Below, in pieces: positions 48,569 through 58,237 of a DNA stretch of 64,000 nt; positions within the stretch are counted from its first letter, which is position 1; every line of letters starts with the position of its first letter. Source of the stretch: an uncultured archaeon (GTDB taxonomy: Archaea; Iainarchaeota; Iainarchaeia; Iainarchaeales; VGJJ01). The notes beneath the pieces are model-generated. The model had not been told where the DNA came from. It made no database searches and worked only from the letters and a program-made list of their open reading frames with translations. The stretch is from the NCBI GenBank assembly GCA_964480705.1, contig CAYZPC010000002.1:22254-86253 (forward strand). The letters run 5' to 3'. Both the position numbers and the translations under genes were made by a program.

Positions 48569-50072
48569 GCACCATGGGCATTCCTCCCCCTGGATGGGTG
48601 CTCGCACCCACAAAATACAAATGGTTGAATTCTTCGCTTTTTTGAGAGGGTCGGAAAACGCTGCTCTGCATGAATGTGGGAGAAAGTCCAAACGTCGCGC
48701 CGAAATTCATTCCGCTCAGCGCTTCCCACTCATTTGGAGTGAGCATTTCCTGCATGCGGATGTGTTTTTTCAAATTAGTGAGACCATTTTTTTCAAGTTG
48801 CGCAATGATTTTTTCTGCAAACTCTTTTTTTATTGAATTCCAATCGATGGGATGTCCATTTTTGGGATCGTTGGAGGGAACGGGAACGAGCACATACAGC
48901 AAATGCTTTCCCTTCGGGGCTAATGTTGAGTTGGTGCGCGAGGGCACGTTCACATAAATGCTTGGACTTGTTGAGAGTACTTTTTGTTCGAATAATTCGT
49001 GGAAGTTTTTCAAAAAATCCTCGCAGAAAAACACATTGTGATGCAGCAGCTGCGGGTAATCCGTGTCCACTCCCAGATAGAGCATGAATGCCGAGCACGT
49101 GTATTCGAGTTTTTTTAATTTTTCATCGGAATATTTTTTCCGAGATGTAGCGTGAATCAATTTTGAATACGTGGCCGGCAAATCCACATCGGACACTATT
49201 TTTTCCGCGCGAATAACTTCATTTGTATCGAGGCGAATTCCCGTTGCGGTGTTATTTTCAATCACAATCTCGGAAACATTTTTTCCATAATGGATTTTTA
49301 CTCCTAATTCGAGCGCGAGTTTTTCTATTTCGCTCACAATGGAGTATATTCCATTTTGGGGGTACCACACGCCCTGCGCTAATTCCACGTAGGGGACAAT
49401 GGTGTATGTTGCCGGCGTTAAGAGTGGGCTTTGTCCTAAGTACATGCTCTGAAAGCTGAATGCGAGTTTTATTTTTGGATTCGTAAAAAAGGTTGACATG
49501 TGGTCCCACATCGAGTGGAAGCCGTCCGCGTGTAAGAATGATAAAAATTTTCCCGAGAGGACGATATCCCAAATGGATGTGGGGGATTGGGCGATGAAAT
49601 TGGAGTAAACGTTTTCATACACCTCGTATTCGTGTTCGAGAAAGCGCAAAAACCCTCGCGCATCTTCAGGAGAAACGCGTTTTATTTCGCGGAGCATTTC
49701 GGGAAGATTCGAACTTACATCTAAGTGTTGTGCGTCCCAAAAATGCAAGCGGTACGATGGGGTGAGCAGGTTGATGGGCAGCACATCCTGCATTTTTTTT
49801 CCGCAGTAAGCAAATAACTCTTCAAATTCTCCCGGCATGAGGAGGAAAGTCGGTCCCAAATCAATGGTGTATCCTTTTACCTTTCGCTGCGCCGCTCTTC
49901 CCCCGGGAAAAGCGTTTTTTTCGTATATTTCCACGCGCTTACCCTGTTTAGCGAGGCGGCATGCGAGGGCAAGCCCCCCGAGTCCGGCGCCAATAATGAT
50001 GATTTCAGGCTCCCCTGCCGGAGAAGAGTGGAGTGTTTTGGCTCGTGTGCGGGAAGAAGATGGGGCTGCCAT
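48522..50072 (-). CDS. crtI: phytoene desaturase (CrtI family)
   Basis: IGAGLGGLA, EKN..PGGR, D.GPT, FSFQSMYLG.SP, HHN, LYFVGASTHPGGGMP. Confidence 0.93.
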   Translation of the reverse strand: MAAPSSSRTRAKTLHSSPAGEPEIIIIGAGLGGLALACRLAKQGKRVEIYEKNAFPGGRAAQRKVKGYTIDLGPTFLLMPGEFEELFAYCGKKMQDVLPINLLTPSYRLHFWDAQHLDVSSNLPEMLREIKRVSPEDARGFLRFLEHEYEVYENVYSNFIAQSPTSIWDIVLSGKFLSFLHADGFHSMWDHMSTFFTNPKIKLAFSFQSMYLGQSPLLTPATYTIVPYVELAQGVWYPQNGIYSIVSEIEKLALELGVKIHYGKNVSEIVIENNTATGIRLDTNEVIRAEKIVSDVDLPATYSKLIHATSRKKYSDEKLKKLEYTCSAFMLYLGVDTDYPQLLHHNVFFCEDFLKNFHELFEQKVLSTSPSIYVNVPSRTNSTLAPKGKHLLYVLVPVPSNDPKNGHPIDWNSIKKEFAEKIIAQLEKNGLTNLKKHIRMQEMLTPNEWEALSGMNFGATFGLSPTFMQSSVFRPSQKSEEFNHLYFVGASTHPGGGMPMVLISARTCAEKIFAKK

Positions 50073-50093
50073 ACTGAAATATACTTTTGCACC

Positions 50094-50978
50094 CTATTTT
50101 GTTTTAATGTGCGCGGAAAGCGCTGTTTTTTCGGCGTGCAATAATTCTTTTTTTCGTTCATCTGAAACGTAAACGCGTTCCGTGTACACATCGTAGTTTC
50201 TTTTTTCTATCTCATTCAGTATTTCACGGTAGAATACGAGGCTGAGGCGCATTCCTAATTGTGCTTCGCGCGGAAGGTGTGCAATTCCTTCTTCGGAGCG
50301 CGTGTAATAGTCCCGCGCCCGCGTGATTTGATAATGCATCATTTTTCGAAAGGCGTCATTTTGTTCGCGCGATGCAATTTGGGAGTGAGTGTAATTGAAT
50401 TGTTTCAACTCGTCCTGGGGCAAATATACTCTTCCTGCATCGTGGTCTTCTTTTACGTCGCGCAGAATATTAGTGAGTTGCATCGCCACACCTAATTCAA
50501 TTGCATGTTCTAATGCGGAATGCGGCGCGCGGAGGACGTATGCCATGAGCAATCCGGGGATTGCTGCGGCAGAGAAGCAGTATTCGTATAGTTCGTCAAA
50601 ATTTTCATATGATTTTTTGTCTAAATCTTTTTCCAACCCATCCATTAGGCGGAAACCCCATTCGCGTGGAATAGCATACTGTCTGCACGTCTGCACAAAC
50701 GCATGCAAAATAGGGTCGGGGGAGGTTTCATTCTCCCACGCCAGAGTGAGATTGTTTCTCCACTCATTCAATCGAAGTTTTTTTTCCGCGAGCGATAAAT
50801 TTCCATCCACGATTTGATCAGTAACACGGCAAAAACCATAGGTTGCGTACGCGGCTAAGCGTTCTTTTTCAGGCAGATGCTCGGCAGCAAGGGAAAAACT
50901 AGTGGCGTGTTTTCGGCAAAGTTTTTCGGAATGAGAAAAATCAATGGCGGAAGTGTCCATTGTATTGGAAAGGCTCAT
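50094..50978 (-). CDS. crtB: phytoene/squalene synthase (CrtB)
   Basis: SF..A, YGFCRVTDQIVD, Y.NFDELY.YC, LGVAMQLTNILRDVKED...GRVYLP. Confidence 0.94.
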   Translation of the reverse strand: MSLSNTMDTSAIDFSHSEKLCRKHATSFSLAAEHLPEKERLAAYATYGFCRVTDQIVDGNLSLAEKKLRLNEWRNNLTLAWENETSPDPILHAFVQTCRQYAIPREWGFRLMDGLEKDLDKKSYENFDELYEYCFSAAAIPGLLMAYVLRAPHSALEHAIELGVAMQLTNILRDVKEDHDAGRVYLPQDELKQFNYTHSQIASREQNDAFRKMMHYQITRARDYYTRSEEGIAHLPREAQLGMRLSLVFYREILNEIEKRNYDVYTERVYVSDERKKELLHAEKTALSAHIKTK

Positions 50979-51053
50979 TGATACTATGTGGGTTTTTGAT
51001 TTAATAAAAGTGCTCTCGCACGCGCGAGAAGATGCGTGAATTAGAATGGGGAA

Positions 51054-52253
51054 TTACCACCCGTAATGGGCAGCGCGCGAGTATCCGAATGCGAGGAATG
51101 CATCCACCACGCCTTTTTGGTATAAGTCATAGTTGTGCGAGAGCACGTTGAATCCGACTTTTGCTTTATCCACGGCAGTCAGGTTGGATAATTCTTGAGG
51201 CATTAAGTGTCCAATGCGGTTTAACTCGTCTTCGGTAAAATTGTAGAGCGCATTTTTTCCTTTGATTATTTTTCCATAGGAGGGGAATTCATTGCGCCAC
51301 TTTTTTTCATACGTTGACAAAAAAGTTTTTGAAAAATTGGAATGAGTGAATGCGTCTTTTGCTACTTCCGCAGCCATGCGTCCGCTGACTAATCCTAATT
51401 GGGTTCCCCCTTCAAATAGTGGAGAAGTGAATCCCGCCGCATCGCCAATCAAAATGATTCCATCTCCCACCGTGTTTTGCACGGGTCCCGATGAGGGAAT
51501 GGGTCCGCCGAATGTTTTCACTATTTTTTTGTTTTGCCAATTCATTTCTTTCACGAATTGGTCCAAATACATTTTTGCTTTGGTGATATCAGTAGTCACA
51601 AGCCCCACATTGGCTCGCCCATCATTTTTGGGAATCATCCACAAATAGCCATGGGGAGAGAGTCGAGGCCACAAATAAAAGTCTAAATAATTTTCATGTG
51701 GAATATCAAGCATTTCATATTGGATTCCTGTCGTGACACTAAAGCGTGGGTTCATGTTAAGCATGCGGTTGGCCACTCCCGCGGCGCCGGAAGCGTCGAT
51801 AACCATGCGTGCGCGCACCATTCCTTGAGATGTTTGAATCTCCCACACATCATTTGTTCGGGCTAAACTGGTTACGCGCGTGGATAATGATAAGTGTGTG
51901 CCCGCATTCTGTGCCTCGTTTGAAAGCCATTTTTCAAACGCGTGTTTCTCTAAAACATATCCGGCTTCAGTTAATTTCACTTTGTGCGAGTCGGGAAAAA
52001 TAACATTGACTCCTTTGACCGGAAGGGCGATGACTTCTTTGGGAAATTTCATGTTGATGCGAACTTCAGCCATTTCACTTAAGCATTCCCCGCAGTGCAC
52101 CGGGTCTCCCACGCTGGCGTGTTCTTCAAGAATTACTGTCTTGAGCCCCATTTTAGACGCATGAATCGCCGCACTTCCCCCAGCGGGGCCTGCACCAATG
52201 ATGGCAATATCATACAGTGTCTGCGTGTCTAAGGTCATAGTATCATCGGCCAT
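51054..52253 (-). CDS. geranylgeranyl reductase family flavoprotein (DGGR-like)
   Basis: IIGAGPAG, CGE, DASG, PHGYLWMIPK, ANVG, IGDAAG..SP..GG. Confidence 0.9.
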   Translation of the reverse strand: MADDTMTLDTQTLYDIAIIGAGPAGGSAAIHASKMGLKTVILEEHASVGDPVHCGECLSEMAEVRINMKFPKEVIALPVKGVNVIFPDSHKVKLTEAGYVLEKHAFEKWLSNEAQNAGTHLSLSTRVTSLARTNDVWEIQTSQGMVRARMVIDASGAAGVANRMLNMNPRFSVTTGIQYEMLDIPHENYLDFYLWPRLSPHGYLWMIPKNDGRANVGLVTTDITKAKMYLDQFVKEMNWQNKKIVKTFGGPIPSSGPVQNTVGDGIILIGDAAGFTSPLFEGGTQLGLVSGRMAAEVAKDAFTHSNFSKTFLSTYEKKWRNEFPSYGKIIKGKNALYNFTEDELNRIGHLMPQELSNLTAVDKAKVGFNVLSHNYDLYQKGVVDAFLAFGYSRAAHYGW

Positions 52254-52292
52254 AAAAAAGAATTAAAAGGCACCCGAGTAAGGGGGGCAGGA

Positions 52293-52904
52293 TTAGTGTC
52301 CTGCGGCCTTTCGTCCTTCCATGAGGCGCATGTTCTGAACAAACGTCTCGGGGTTTTTCCAATTAAGATTTTTCATGAAGGCTTCAATGTAGTCTTTGCG
52401 TTTCGTTCCATAATCCAAAAAGTACGCGTGTTCATACACGTCGAGTATGAGAACAGGAGAGCAAGACCAAATTCCACCGTGGTTGTGCACGTCCGCAATG
52501 TAGTTGTGTAACTTCATGTCTTCCCAATCGAATGCGAGCACAACCCATCCGCGTGCGCATAATCCCAATGCCTTAAACTCGGCTTCCCATTTTTCATAGG
52601 AACCAAAATCTTGCTCAATCATATGAAGCAAATCCCCTGCTGGTTTTCCACCGTTTCCACCCATCGCGGCAAAATATCCTTCGTGCAAGCGCACCCCATT
52701 CACGGCAAATCCTTCTTCAAGTTTGAGTTCGCGCAAATCGGAGTGTGTTCCATTGGCTTTCGTCAAATCCACTGTTTTCAATTTTTCGCGGATTTCATCT
52801 GTTTTTTTCACGTACCCCACGTACAACACGTCGTGGTGCTCGGCCAATTGTTTTTCGGTTAGACCATTGAGGGCTTTGTAGGTTAAGGGTTTGGGTTCGG
52901 TCAT
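52293..52904 (-). CDS. sod: Fe/Mn superoxide dismutase
   Basis: EHH..LY.GYV, NG..LHE.YF, DFGS, GW..L, DVYEHAY; true start ATG 52904. Confidence 0.92.
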   Translation of the reverse strand: MTEPKPLTYKALNGLTEKQLAEHHDVLYVGYVKKTDEIREKLKTVDLTKANGTHSDLRELKLEEGFAVNGVRLHEGYFAAMGGNGGKPAGDLLHMIEQDFGSYEKWEAEFKALGLCARGWVVLAFDWEDMKLHNYIADVHNHGGIWSCSPVLILDVYEHAYFLDYGTKRKDYIEAFMKNLNWKNPETFVQNMRLMEGRKAAGH

Positions 52905-52974
52905 GAGAATCACTCCTATCGTGAACGATATGTAACATTCGTTAATCAAAATGGCTTTAAACGACACCTCGTGT

Positions 52975-53634
52975 TTAGCGGGGGCGCATAAAAAGCACCA
53001 CGTATCCAGCCGAAAGCGGTTGGGCGTGCGTGCGCAGCGCAGGGGAGGTCGTTTCTGCCACGGGAACCTTTTCCACGAGGACGCGGCACCCCTCAAGAGA
53101 CGAAAGGGTGGAGAGTTTTTCCAAATACGCTTCTTCAACGCGGGACATTTCTCCCTCAAACGCATGCGTTCCGTGTGCGTCGCGGAAACGAATCCATAGG
53201 TAGGCACGCCCCCCGGGGGCGAGAGCGTGAGCAATGCGCGGCAATAGAGTGGAAAAGTTTCCTATTTCATGCAGGGCGCGAAAACTAACTATAATATCGC
53301 ACTCCCTCGACAGTGGAACCGTGTGCACATCCCCCTGAATGAATTCATCCAGCATGCGAGAGTCTTCGAGCGGGAGCAAGTCCACCCCTACCGTATGCAC
53401 TAAACTGCTCACGTGTTGCTTGACTTCGTGCAGCGCTTGTCCATTTCCGCAGCCAATGTCCAATATTCGACACGACCCTTTTTGGCGAATATATTCGGCC
53501 GCCATTTTTTCCAGAGGAGTGTTTTCTCCGAGGTTTTGCAGAAAGGTGTTGTATTGTTTTAGCGTCTGGTCGCGGAGAATGACTCCTTGCGCGTACCGTT
53601 CGCGGTATTTTTGGGCAGTATTTTCGAATGTCAT
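52975..53634 (-). CDS. class I SAM-dependent methyltransferase
   Basis: ILDIGCGNG, VGVDL, QGD, DIIVS..ALH, LAPGG; start ATG 53634. Confidence 0.85.
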   Translation of the reverse strand: MTFENTAQKYRERYAQGVILRDQTLKQYNTFLQNLGENTPLEKMAAEYIRQKGSCRILDIGCGNGQALHEVKQHVSSLVHTVGVDLLPLEDSRMLDEFIQGDVHTVPLSRECDIIVSFRALHEIGNFSTLLPRIAHALAPGGRAYLWIRFRDAHGTHAFEGEMSRVEEAYLEKLSTLSSLEGCRVLVEKVPVAETTSPALRTHAQPLSAGYVVLFMRPR

Positions 53635-53662
53635 GAGTGTCCTACTGAATTGAAACGAATCA

Positions 53663-54091
53663 TTATTGCAGTGCGCGCTGCTGTTCGGATATTTTTTCTT
53701 TAAGTTGTGAAATGGGAATGCGTCCGGACTTTCCCGATAATTCATCGTGATAATACAATATGGTTGGTTCGTCAAATTGCCAGCATAATAATATTTCTCT
53801 ATTTTCAAATGTGGAATAAAAATCCACTAACCCTTGGGTGACGTCTTTTACATAGCACCCCAATCGAGTGAGTGCTTCCAACTCCGCAAAATATTTGAAT
53901 GATAATTCATGATAGCGTTTGTTGATGTTGATTGCCAAAAGGTGAGCCTGCCAGTCGAATGTGTCGGCGTGCACTTTCACTCCCGACAGTGCGGAGAGTT
54001 CATCGTGAATAGACATGAGCTTCTCCAAGTGTAACTTCACTTTGGGAAGCAGCCGCTCGGCTTCGTGCAATGTAAAATACCGGTGAGCCAT
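53663..54091 (-). CDS. DUF2203 family protein
   Basis: YFTL.EA..LLP, G..VKD...GLVDF, LLCW..DEP.I.YYH....G..GR.PI. Confidence 0.88.
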   Translation of the reverse strand: MAHRYFTLHEAERLLPKVKLHLEKLMSIHDELSALSGVKVHADTFDWQAHLLAININKRYHELSFKYFAELEALTRLGCYVKDVTQGLVDFYSTFENREILLCWQFDEPTILYYHDELSGKSGRIPISQLKEKISEQQRALQ

Positions 54092-54129
54092 TCTCGTATT
54101 CGTTTTCTTTTCTTTTTAAGAGTGTCCGC

Positions 54130-55647
54130 TCATCGTGCGAATTTTTGCACACGCGCGCGGATTTTCTTGTACGCGGTGCGTGCCTGAATGGTTTGTGCAA
54201 GTTTTTCATCCGTTTTTTGCGGTCGTGTGAGATTTTCAGGGCGCATTATTTTTTCTATTTCAGTCGGGGTCAGAAGTCCTTCGGCTCGAATGATTTTTTC
54301 TACACTCACATGATTAGCCATGGCCTTTTTCACCATGAATGCGACCACATCATATCCTAAGTATGGATTCAGTGCAGTAGCGGTGGAGACGCTTTGTTGC
54401 AGCAGCATGTTCATGCGCGGCGTGGGGCGAATTTTTTTCAAACATTTTTCGCGGAACATTTTCAATCCGTTTGTTAAAAGTTCTTGCGACTCAAACAAGT
54501 TGCTTCCCATCACGGGCGTCATGACATTCAATTCAAGCTGCGTTGCCTCGCAGCTCAAACGGATGGTTTCATGATTTCCCTGCACGTGCAACGCGATCAT
54601 TTTCATTGCTTCTAAAATACTTGGGTTGATTTTTCCCGGCATGATGCTGCTTCCCGGTTCCACTTCCGGCAAGTGAATTTCTCCTATTCCAGCATACGGG
54701 TCTGAACCCAGGAGTATCCAGTCATTCATCCAAATCAGTAAGTCGCTCGCAAGTGTTGAGAGTGCATCCGAGTAGCGTTGAAACACACTCATGTGGCTCG
54801 TGTGATACATTTTTCGGTGCGAGGGGTAGAATGGAATGCCCGTCTCGCTGCGCAAGCGTTTAACCACTGCCACATCATACCCTGGTTCAGCGGTTATGCC
54901 CGTTCCGACTGCCGTCCCCCCAAGTGAGAGTTCGTGCATTTTTTCCTTGGTGGAGCGGATGCTCTGCCAGTCCTCGCGGAGGGATTGGGCGTACACGTAC
55001 AATTCTTGTCCAAATGTCACAGGCACGGCTGTTTGCAAGTGAGTGCGCCCTGTTTTGCTGGTGGTGCGGTAGTGGTGAGAAAGTTCCTCCGCGGCGTGAA
55101 TTGTTTCCATGAGTTCTTTTTCCAAGTGCGCAGAATACGATAATGTCGTGAGGCGAAGCGCCGTGGGAATGACATCATTAGTGGACTGCGCCATATTCAC
55201 ATGAATGTTTGGATGTATGCGCGCGTATTTTCCTTTGCGTTCTCCCAGCATTTCGAGCGCGCGATTGGCGATGATTTCATTCATCATCATGTTCAACGGT
55301 GTTCCCGCGCCGGCTTGAAACACATCTAAGTCAAACAGCTCATCAAATTTTCCGCGTTGAACTTCCTGTGCCGCGCGCACAATGGCATTTCCTTCTTTTG
55401 GTGGTAGTCTGCCCGCGTGCACATGTTCTTGCGCGGCAACCTGTTTCAATAATGCTAATCCATGATAGAAAGAGATGGGAAACCGTCTTGTTGAAAGTGA
55501 AAAGTTTTCATGAGCACGTGCGGAGAATATTCCTGTGTATGAATTAGCGGGAATGATTTTGGTGCCAATGGAATCTTGTTCGTGCCGCACTGTTTTGGAT
55601 GTGCGTCGTTTAGCGTGAGTGGGCATGTGTTTTTCTCCATTTTTCAT
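54130..55647 (-). CDS. aspA: aspartate ammonia-lyase / class II fumarase (aspartase-like)
   Basis: DSIG, QAGAGT..NM..NE, NMAQSTND, GRTHLQ, GSSIMPGKINP, QLELNVM.P; ATGA coupling to sdhB. Confidence 0.85.
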   Translation of the reverse strand: MKNGEKHMPTHAKRRTSKTVRHEQDSIGTKIIPANSYTGIFSARAHENFSLSTRRFPISFYHGLALLKQVAAQEHVHAGRLPPKEGNAIVRAAQEVQRGKFDELFDLDVFQAGAGTPLNMMMNEIIANRALEMLGERKGKYARIHPNIHVNMAQSTNDVIPTALRLTTLSYSAHLEKELMETIHAAEELSHHYRTTSKTGRTHLQTAVPVTFGQELYVYAQSLREDWQSIRSTKEKMHELSLGGTAVGTGITAEPGYDVAVVKRLRSETGIPFYPSHRKMYHTSHMSVFQRYSDALSTLASDLLIWMNDWILLGSDPYAGIGEIHLPEVEPGSSIMPGKINPSILEAMKMIALHVQGNHETIRLSCEATQLELNVMTPVMGSNLFESQELLTNGLKMFREKCLKKIRPTPRMNMLLQQSVSTATALNPYLGYDVVAFMVKKAMANHVSVEKIIRAEGLLTPTEIEKIMRPENLTRPQKTDEKLAQTIQARTAYKKIRARVQKFAR

Positions 55648-56486
55648 GTTCTTCTTCGTTTAGGAGAGTTTTTCTCTTTTTGAAGGGCGCTCATTTCACG
55701 AATGCGGTCTCCAGGGGCAATGTTCCGGGGGCACCAATTGGCCTTTTCCAAGGAATAGTGCACGGGGAGCATGGTCGAGTACCCTTCCACGCGTCGAGTA
55801 TCCCCATCCCGCATGTCAAACGTGTAGCGGTAGGCCTTTACCCACGCGGCCGGCCCTATCTCTCCGGCGTTTTTTCCATTCGTTTGAACAGAAGAAACAT
55901 TGGCATTGCAGAGTCCGCAGAGGATGCACTCCTGCGTCCGTGAGAGTTTTTTGACGTCATTTACTCCCATTTTGTGGTGTCTTCGCTCATCGTGTTTGCG
56001 CGGCACCACCCAGGGTTTGATTCGCAGTAATTCATCGAAGAATGGTTTTTCATCCACCACCAAATCTTTTATCACGCGCTCCACGTCTAAGGGTTCAATC
56101 CGCAGCGTGCGCGCGTGCGTGTCCATAGCATCGGAGACTTGTGTCACGCACCCCAATACGGGTTTTCCATTCACTTTTACTCCGCATGAACCGCATCCCC
56201 CGTAGCCGCAGCTTCCTCGAAAGGTCAAGCTTCCATCCTGCGTGTGTTTGATGCGCGTGAGTAAATCCAACACGCTTTCTCCTGGGTTTGCGTGGAGCGC
56301 ATATTCGTGGGTGCGCGGGTAGAAGTCCATTTCGGGATTGAATCGCGTCACGCGAACGTGCATAAGTGAATGTGTTTCCGTACGAATAGTGGCCGCGCGC
56401 GTGGATGCGCGTGTTTTCTTTTTTCGCACTATCTTTCGAGTCGCTTTTTTCGATTTTGAAGAGGATGAGCGTGTTTTTTTGGCCAT
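55644..56486 (-). CDS. sdhB: succinate dehydrogenase/fumarate reductase Fe-S subunit (degenerate third cluster)
   Basis: QDGSLTFR.SC..G.CGSC..NG...L.C, IKDLVVD, CILCGLC, GPA, WCP. Confidence 0.92.
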   Translation of the reverse strand: MAKKTRSSSSKSKKATRKIVRKKKTRASTRAATIRTETHSLMHVRVTRFNPEMDFYPRTHEYALHANPGESVLDLLTRIKHTQDGSLTFRGSCGYGGCGSCGVKVNGKPVLGCVTQVSDAMDTHARTLRIEPLDVERVIKDLVVDEKPFFDELLRIKPWVVPRKHDERRHHKMGVNDVKKLSRTQECILCGLCNANVSSVQTNGKNAGEIGPAAWVKAYRYTFDMRDGDTRRVEGYSTMLPVHYSLEKANWCPRNIAPGDRIREMSALQKEKNSPKRRRT

Positions 56487-56487
56487 A

Positions 56488-58200
56488 CTAGTAGTGCCTC
56501 GCCTCAGGAGAATATCCTTTGATGATAACAGGTTTGTAATTCAGCTGAACATTTTCCCCGTGTTGAGTGGCGAGCGTGTGTTTCAGCCATTTTTGATCAT
56601 TGCGCGTAGGATAGTCTGTTCGCGCGTGGCTGCCTCTTGTTTCCGTTCGCGCAAGTGCGCTCGCGAGAATGGATTGGGAAAATGTCACGAGGTTTTGGCA
56701 TTCGAGTGCGGCGATTAAGTCCGTGTTGAATGTGTGTGAGGTGTCTTCGGCACGAATAGCACGTGCTGGCGTGTGGAGTTTTTTCCACGCGTTCATGGCG
56801 CGAGTCAAACTTGCTTTGTTTCGATACACGCCGCAGTCATTCATCATCACGCGCTGGAGTTTCTCTTGAATAATGTGGCTTTTTTCTCCCCGTTGCGCGG
56901 TGAGAATGGTTTGAATCCGTTCGCGGGCTTTTTCAACATGTTCGGTTGAAATGGGTGCGTGGTTTTTTCCGTGTTCGCGCACGTATGCAGCCATTTGCTG
57001 TCCGGCGATGCGTCCGAATACTAATGTTTCAAGCAGAGAGTTTCCTCCCAGGCGGTTGGCGCCGTGCACGCTCGCGCAGGCCACTTCTCCTGCGGCAAAT
57101 AATCCATGCAGGGGAGTGTTGTGCGCGTCAGTAGTTACACGTGTGTGAATGTCCGTGGGCACGCCCCCCATACTATAGTGAGCAGTGGGTACCACAGGGA
57201 TGAGTTCGCGCACGCAGTCTATTCCGAGTTGTTCGTGCACTGTTTTTCGTATTTCGGGGATTTTTTCCATAATGGTTTTTTCTCCCAAATGTCGAACGTC
57301 CAAGTACACGTGGTCTTTTTTTTCTCCCGCGCCTCTTCCTTGGAGTATTTCAGTGGCAATGGCGCGCGCAATCACGTCGCGTGAGGCAAGTTCCATTTTT
57401 TGCGGAGCATATTTTTGCATGAATCGTTCATTTTTTCCATTGAGCAAAAAGGCTCCTTCTCCGCGCGAGGCTTCACTCACAAGAAATCCTTTTCCATACA
57501 TCCCACTCGGATGAAACTGGACCATTTCCATATCTTCTAATGGCAATCCCGCGTTATACGCGAGTACGAGTCCGTCTCCCGTGCAGATTCGCGCATTTGA
57601 AGTAGTGGAGAATGCTCTCCCATATCCTCCCGTCGCTAGCAGCGTGGCGTGGGCGCGTGCCACCAGTAGTTTTCCTTTTTCCATGTCCCACAACACCGCG
57701 CCCTTGCACGCGTTGTTTTCAATGATGAGAGAAAGCGCGTAATATTCTGGATACACCGTCGGGTGTGCTTTCAGGAGTTGGTCATACGTCGTGTGCAAGA
57801 GCATGTGCCCCGTGCGGTCGGACGCATAGCATGTGCGTGCCACACTTTGTCCGCCGAATGGGCGTTGGGCAATTTCTCCTTTGGTTGTGCGTGAAAAAAC
57901 CACTCCCCAGGATTCCATTTCGCGTATTCGCGCGGGGGCGTCTTTGCATAATAGTTCAACCGCATCCTGGTCTGCGAGAAAATCGCTCCCATACACGGTG
58001 TCGCGGAAGTGGGCTTTCCAGTCATCATCTGCAGAGAGTGCGGCATTAATCCCTCCCGCGGCGGCTACCGAGTGTGAACGCACGGGATGAACTTTGGAAA
58101 TGATTCCCACATCCATGTTTTGGTTGCGCGCTTCAATCGCCGCGCGTTGTCCCGCGAGTCCGGCGCCAATGATGAGCACATCGTGTGTGAGTTGGGACAT
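56488..58200 (-). CDS. sdhA: succinate dehydrogenase/fumarate reductase flavoprotein
   Basis: RSHSVAAAGG (covalent-FAD His), RPFGG, QFHP, EASRGEG, ELASRD, HYSMGG, HGANRLGGNSL, ETRGSH. Confidence 0.97.
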   Translation of the reverse strand: MSQLTHDVLIIGAGLAGQRAAIEARNQNMDVGIISKVHPVRSHSVAAAGGINAALSADDDWKAHFRDTVYGSDFLADQDAVELLCKDAPARIREMESWGVVFSRTTKGEIAQRPFGGQSVARTCYASDRTGHMLLHTTYDQLLKAHPTVYPEYYALSLIIENNACKGAVLWDMEKGKLLVARAHATLLATGGYGRAFSTTSNARICTGDGLVLAYNAGLPLEDMEMVQFHPSGMYGKGFLVSEASRGEGAFLLNGKNERFMQKYAPQKMELASRDVIARAIATEILQGRGAGEKKDHVYLDVRHLGEKTIMEKIPEIRKTVHEQLGIDCVRELIPVVPTAHYSMGGVPTDIHTRVTTDAHNTPLHGLFAAGEVACASVHGANRLGGNSLLETLVFGRIAGQQMAAYVREHGKNHAPISTEHVEKARERIQTILTAQRGEKSHIIQEKLQRVMMNDCGVYRNKASLTRAMNAWKKLHTPARAIRAEDTSHTFNTDLIAALECQNLVTFSQSILASALARTETRGSHARTDYPTRNDQKWLKHTLATQHGENVQLNYKPVIIKGYSPEARHY

Positions 58201-58237
58201 ATGGGAAACAAAATTGGGGCCAATTTAAGGGTGATGG

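Noticed and set aside
52905..53234. Long N-terminal extension on SOD (313-aa ORF)
   Set aside because: Overlaps the methyltransferase gene; SOD homology starts at ATG 52904, so this is not a fusion
53635..53808. N-terminal extension of the methyltransferase ORF
   Set aside because: Overlaps the DUF2203 gene in another frame
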